Source: an uncultured Chloroflexia bacterium
GTDB taxonomy: Bacteria > Chloroflexota > Limnocylindria > Limnocylindrales > CSP1-4
NCBI GenBank assembly: GCA_963776385.1
Contig: CAVZME010000011.1
Span: forward strand, 202,807-266,806
Reading direction: 5' to 3'
DNA length: 64,000 nt
The notes under the pieces: generated by a model
The model's database searches: none
Seen by the model: only the letters and a program-made list of their open reading frames with translations
Told to the model about the DNA's origin: nothing
Translations under genes and position numbers: made by a program
In this document: piece after piece, positions 60,295 through 64,000 of the stretch
Layout: each line of letters opens with the position of its first letter
How positions within the stretch are numbered: position 1 is the first letter of the stretch

Positions 60295-61144
60295 TCAAAC
60301 GCCGGTTAGCGTCGCGCAGGCCTCCCAGAGTCGCCGAGCCGTTTCCGGGTCACGCGTGTAGGCAGGTGGGTCGATCGCGCGTCCCTTGTGATAGAACAGC
60401 CCGGAGTCGCCCGCGAACGAGGAGTCGAGGACCAGCGGCACGATCGACTCGCACGGCAACGTCGGCAGGTCGCGAGAACGGCCGGATCGCCCATCGCAGG
60501 GGTGCCGGCGCACCGCGCATGAGGCTCGTTCGGACAAGGCCCGGATGTACGGCGTTGGCGGTCACACCGGTGCCGTCGAGCCGTCGCGCGAGCTCGAACG
60601 TGAACAGGAGGTCCGCCGCTTTGGATGCGCCGAATGCCGAGAGCGAGCGGAACCGTCGCTCGGATCTGCAGGTCGTCGAAATCGAGCTTCGTCGTCGATG
60701 GTGCGCTCACGACGAGGATTCGCGCCGAGCCCGGCCGCGCGAAGGTCCGGCAGCAGGAGGTTCGTCAGCAGGAACGGCCCGAGGACGTTCGTCGCGAACA
60801 TCGACTCGAAGCCGTCGCGGGTCACCGTCCGCGCTCGCGTGTAGACGCCGGCGCAGTTCACCAGGACGTCAAGGGTCGGATAGATCTGTCCCGCGACCTG
60901 CGCCAGATCCCTGACCGACGACATGTCCGCGAGGTCGCCGACCAGGAAATCGACCCCGTCGTTCCCGGTTGCGCGCGGCGATCTCGTCCCGGGCCGCCTG
61001 TGCCCGCCGCCTGTCGCGGCCGACAAGCCCGACAGTCAGTCCGGCCGCGGCGAGACGCTCGGCAAGCGCACGACCGATGCCGGACGTGGCGCCGGTGACC
61101 AGCGCGGTGCGGGGATCGTTCGGGAGGCCTGTCTGCATCGCCAT
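60295..61144 (-). pseudogene. short-chain dehydrogenase/reductase (retinol-dehydrogenase-like), four frame breaks
   Basis: MAMQTGLPNDPRTALVTGATSGIGRALA (TGxxxGIG) is in ORF 60869..62056. The rest runs through ORFs 60562..61026, 60306..60710, 60350..60565 and 60295..60537 in turn, each shift moving one frame the same way. The catalytic YxxxK position reads FGASK. Confidence 0.75.
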
Positions 61145-61219
61145 CGGCCGTTCTCCTCGTCTGATGCGCGAGGCCATCGTACGCAGCTGGACCACGGTCG
61201 GCACCGGTAGAATCGGACG

Positions 61220-61798
61220 ATGGGCGCCCTCGACGAAGCACCGTACGTCGAGGCCGACGACCGCGCCACCTGGCGCGCCTGGCTGGAGGCGAACCACGCG
61301 ACGGTCCGCGGAGCCTGGCTGGTGACCTGGCTGCCACGATCGCGTCAGGTGGGTCTCGACTACGAGTCCGCCGTCGAGGAGGCGCTCTGCTTCGGCTGGG
61401 TCGACAGCACCGGTGGCCGGATCGATGACGAGCGCGGCAAGCTCTACTTCGCACCGCGGAAGACGCGCAGCCCGTGGGCGGCGACCAACAAGGCGCGTGT
61501 CGAGCGGCTGATCCGGGATGGTCGGATGGCACCCGCCGGCCTCGCCGCCATCGAACGAGCGAAGGCGAACGGCTCGTGGGAGGTCTACGACAGCGTCGAG
61601 CGGCTGGAGGTCCCGAGGGACCTGGCGACCGCGCTCGAGGCATTGCCTGGCGCGACCGCGAACTTCAGTGCCTTTCCCCCGTCGGCGCGCAAGATGCAGC
61701 TCGCCTGGGTGGCCCTCGCACAGCGGCCGGAGACACGCGCGGCACGTATCGCGACGGTCGCCGAGGCCGCCGCCCGGAACGAGCGTGCTCGAGGCTAG
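61220..61798 (+). CDS. YdeI/OmpD-associated family protein
   Basis: 192 aa. WRAWLEANH...GAWLV...YESAVEEALCFGWVDS...R.SPW...N...V..L...GRM matches the YdeI (DUF1801-related) pattern. Confidence 0.75.
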   Translation: MGALDEAPYVEADDRATWRAWLEANHATVRGAWLVTWLPRSRQVGLDYESAVEEALCFGWVDSTGGRIDDERGKLYFAPRKTRSPWAATNKARVERLIRDGRMAPAGLAAIERAKANGSWEVYDSVERLEVPRDLATALEALPGATANFSAFPPSARKMQLAWVALAQRPETRAARIATVAEAAARNERARG

Positions 61799-61807
61799 CC
61801 GCCGTCC

Positions 61808-62164
61808 GTGAAGATCCTGCGCCTGCGCCGTCGATGGGTCGCCCTCGTGATCGTGGTGCTGGTCGTGGTCGCCACGATCCGCCTCCTCGATCAGCCGCTC
61901 GCACTCGAGTCCTACCGGATGTCCGATCCCCAGACCCTCGAGGTGGTCGGCTACGGAGCGAAGACTGCCTGGACGCGCGTCACCGATGTGAGCGAGACGG
62001 AGACGACGGTCACGATCAGCGTGAACTCGTTCGAGGTCACTGGCTTCCTTCCGCATTCCGACGCGGCCGACCGTATCGTGGTCGACGTGCGTCTGACCAC
62101 ACCGCTCGGGACGCGGACCGTCATCGACGGAAGCACCGGGTTGCCTCTCGCCGAGACGAGCTGA
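61808..62164 (+). CDS. hypothetical membrane-anchored protein
   Basis: 118 aa. N-terminal anchor RRRWVALVIVVLVVVATI. I recognise no family. Confidence 0.45.
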   Translation: MKILRLRRRWVALVIVVLVVVATIRLLDQPLALESYRMSDPQTLEVVGYGAKTAWTRVTDVSETETTVTISVNSFEVTGFLPHSDAADRIVVDVRLTTPLGTRTVIDGSTGLPLAETS

Positions 62165-62166
62165 TC

Positions 62167-62394
62167 GTGGCTCCCGACATCGACCCGCCCGAGGTCCTGC
62201 CGCTCACGCCCGAGCGCTTCGCGGACGCCGCGCCTCTTCGAGGAGGGCGGCGATCCCAAGTGGTGCTGGTGCAATCCGGATGTTGGCAAAGGCACACGAG
62301 GCTAGACGTGGGATTCGTCGCCCTCCCGCGCGAGCTGTTCCTCGACATCTGGCGCCGCGGATTCCGTGTGCTGCATGACGAGGAAGAGCGGTGA
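62167..62394 (+). pseudogene. possible remnant of a GNAT-type acetyltransferase (very uncertain)
   Basis: A GTG-initiated 75-codon frame. A one-base shift gives LTPERFADAA-LFEEGGDPKWCWC, which resembles the N-terminus of CWC-motif GNAT proteins, but this shifted frame stops after about 10 further codons. Confidence 0.2.
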
Positions 62395-62441
62395 CCGGCC
62401 TTGTCTCGCCTGCGGGCGCCCGACGACGGCTGATCGATCGG

Positions 62442-62475
62442 CCCCGGAACGCCGTTGGGGTACGACGTTCCGGGG
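62442..62475 (+). terminator. perfect 10-bp stem hairpin after the 61.2-62.4 kb plus-strand genes
   Basis: CCCCGGAACG (62442-62451), a 14-nt loop, then CGTTCCGGGG (62466-62475). No U tract. Confidence 0.4.
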
Positions 62476-63072
62476 AAGTGCCGCGGGCTGACTGGATCCC
62501 GGGGGAAGGATGCCAACCCGATGGGTCTACCGTACGCAACGGAGGCCGTTGAAATCACTAGGGCGCATGACCTAAGGCGGATGCCCTACTGCACCATGCG
62601 GCGAGGTCCACGGCCCAGTTAACTCGGCAGCGACGCTGTGCTCGGCCGTCCCCCTGCTGGCTGGCTGCTGCATGGCCCGCCGTCGGAGCTCGACTACCGG
62701 AACCGCCGCACCATTCCCTCGAGACTCGGCAGCGGTCAGGCCGCGTCCCCGCAAGCCGAGACGACCGGCTCCGCGGCTTGCTACGCTCCCGCGAAAGAGC
62801 GGCTAACGCATGAAGTCAACCCTGTGACCGTGACGGGCCGTCTGTGGCGGCTGTACTTGCCTGAGTTCGCGGAGACGGACCAGCCTGGGATGCCCGGATC
62901 GAATGTCGGCGGGCCGCCGCGCCAGCGAGCCGGCAGAACCTCGTGCACGGCATCCCAGGTAAGCCGAAGCACATCACGTATGGGCCGGCCGAGCGGAAGG
63001 GGCCGGGTCGGTAACAACGTCCGGAGAAGCGCGTCGTATCGGTGCATCCCCTTGCACGGAGGCAGCCACCCC

Positions 63073-63936
63073 ATGGTCCGGAACCTCGTGCCCCTAGTTT
63101 TGGGGGTCCTCCTTGCCGCATGCAGCGCGGTGGGGTCCCCAGGTTCTCCAGTGCCGCACACGTCTCAGGCGGCGGCCGGCTCGCCCGCCACGTTCGTCGA
63201 GCGGTCGGCGCCCGCCGCATCAGCGATGCCTGAGTCAACGCCTACGCCGTCCGCGTCGCGAATTCCGGGCACGAACTTGACCCCGGTCCCGAGCCGCGCC
63301 CCGGTAGTCCTATCGGTCGGGGACCACGCCCAGGTCGTCACGAATGACCTGCGCCTCCGCTCTAAGCCGTCGGTCGGCTCGGACTCGCAGAAGTACGAGC
63401 CGCTCCTGCAGCGCGGGAATGGGCTCTGGGTCCTTGGCGGACCGGTGGCCGGCTCGGGGTACTCGTGGTACCGCGTTGCCCGTGCGACCCAGTGGGTCGG
63501 CGACACCTTCGGCGAGGGCTGGGTTGCGTCGGCGGCCCGAGATGGCACCCCGTGGGTCGCCTCCCAGCCGTTCGCAGAGACCGTACCGACGGGCGCGCTC
63601 GTCTGGATCGCGCCAGGCGATGGGCGACACGAGCCGACGCGTGAGTTCCAGCTCCCGGAAGGCGCCTACTACCTCACTTTCAGTGGCGTGCCGAGCTGCT
63701 CGTATCGGGTTCGGTTCGGGACGCAACTCGAGTTCGACCTCGGGTTCAACGGAGCCATTCTGTCGACCGTTCAGTGGCCGCAGGACCACCCGGAGCCTTC
63801 CATGGCGACGGGGTTCGATCGGGGCACGTCGGGAACTGTCTTCCCGACGCTACCGGCTGGAGCATATCGACTCGAAATCACCAGCGGGGGCTCGCCGACA
63901 AGCCCGTGTCCGTGGGGGGCGGCCCTCACCCTGTAG
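63073..63936 (+). CDS. lipoprotein with SH3b-like segment
   Basis: Start at ATG 63073 (MVRNLVPLVLGVLLAACSA, lipobox). A Ser/Pro/Ala linker. DHAQVVTNDLRLRSKPSVGSDS...GYSWYRVA resembles a bacterial SH3 domain. The upstream 145 codons of ORF 62638..63936 look non-coding. Confidence 0.6.
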   Translation: MVRNLVPLVLGVLLAACSAVGSPGSPVPHTSQAAAGSPATFVERSAPAASAMPESTPTPSASRIPGTNLTPVPSRAPVVLSVGDHAQVVTNDLRLRSKPSVGSDSQKYEPLLQRGNGLWVLGGPVAGSGYSWYRVARATQWVGDTFGEGWVASAARDGTPWVASQPFAETVPTGALVWIAPGDGRHEPTREFQLPEGAYYLTFSGVPSCSYRVRFGTQLEFDLGFNGAILSTVQWPQDHPEPSMATGFDRGTSGTVFPTLPAGAYRLEITSGGSPTSPCPWGAALTL

Positions 63937-64000
63937 GCATCGATCTAACTGTAGGCATCGAAACGCGACAAGCCCGGTCCGGCCGATCGAGCGTCGTCAC

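Noticed and set aside
62884-63040. c-di-AMP (ydaO) riboswitch upstream of the lipoprotein gene with an SH3b-like segment.
   Set aside because: CCGGCAGAACCTCGTGCACG (62930-62949) and GAGCGGAAGGGGCC loosely resemble ydaO core segments, and the gene context would fit. But the elements are in the wrong order, and the enclosing helix spans only about 54 nt, far short of the ~130-nt pseudo-symmetric fold. It needs cmsearch with RF00379 before any claim.
62395-63072. RNase P RNA, tmRNA, a group II intron, or cobalamin, TPP or ZTP riboswitches in the long non-coding region.
   Set aside because: I found no GAGGAAAGUCCGG / ACAGAACCCGGCUUA (RNase P). There is no tRNA-like 3' end or tag ORF (tmRNA), no GUGYG start or domain V consensus, and no GCCACUG or CUGAGA boxes. 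Only loose partial matches such as ACCAGCCUGGGA were seen.

Overview
High-GC chromosomal segment (about 65-70% by spot counts) with Actinomycetota-like gene content, about 65 genes and one tRNA. Layout:
- 0-5.2 kb: three zinc-ribbon proteins, a YihY-family membrane protein and a GH13 alpha-glucosidase.
- 5.3-8.3 kb: valS, preceded by what reads as a T-box leader (GUC specifier).
- 8.4-15.3 kb: amylosucrase, a LacI regulator and a sugar ABC importer with no ATPase gene.
- 15.5-19.2 kb: clpX, clpP, tig and tRNA-Leu(UAG).
- 19.2-27 kb: DUF3618-like and holin-like membrane proteins, cinA, a Crp-family regulator, an MBL hydrolase, a zinc-ribbon/cyclase/AAA regulator and mrp.
- 27.2-33.7 kb: a PotADBC-like polyamine importer plus a class-III aminotransferase.
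- 33.7-40 kb: IMPase/HisN-like phosphatase, dimethylglycine-oxidase-like enzyme 1, NmrA-like and SnoaL-like proteins, TetR, and choline/ethanolamine-kinase-like protein 1.
- 40-46.5 kb: an accessory-looking block of lipoproteins, DUF proteins, cupin, DinB-like and YcaQ/AlkZ-like genes.
- 46.5-61.1 kb: a long minus-strand gene train. It holds DMGO-like enzyme 2, a phosphoesterase, kinase 2, an APC permease, PPOX, fba, DUF2269, VWA, an AAA+ ATPase, a secretion-type ATPase and an SDR.
- 61.2-64 kb: YdeI-like protein, small proteins, a roughly 680-bp non-coding stretch and an SH3-like lipoprotein.

Main caveat: at least 33 reading-frame breaks interrupt about 19 well-conserved genes, including the essential valS, tig, mrp and fba. 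Twenty-nine behave as single-base insertions, often in short G/C runs, so I read most of them as consensus errors rather than real pseudogenes. They are typed as pseudogene here only because the frame is broken in the given sequence.

I found no rRNA, CRISPR array, transposase, integrase or recognisable defence system. The candidates most worth follow-up are the structured non-coding region at 62.4-63.07 kb, the frameshift hot spot at 59.4-61.1 kb next to an AAA+/VWA pair, the duplicated kinase plus DMGO-like modules, and insertions in ABC permease loops. None is established as a new system from sequence alone.
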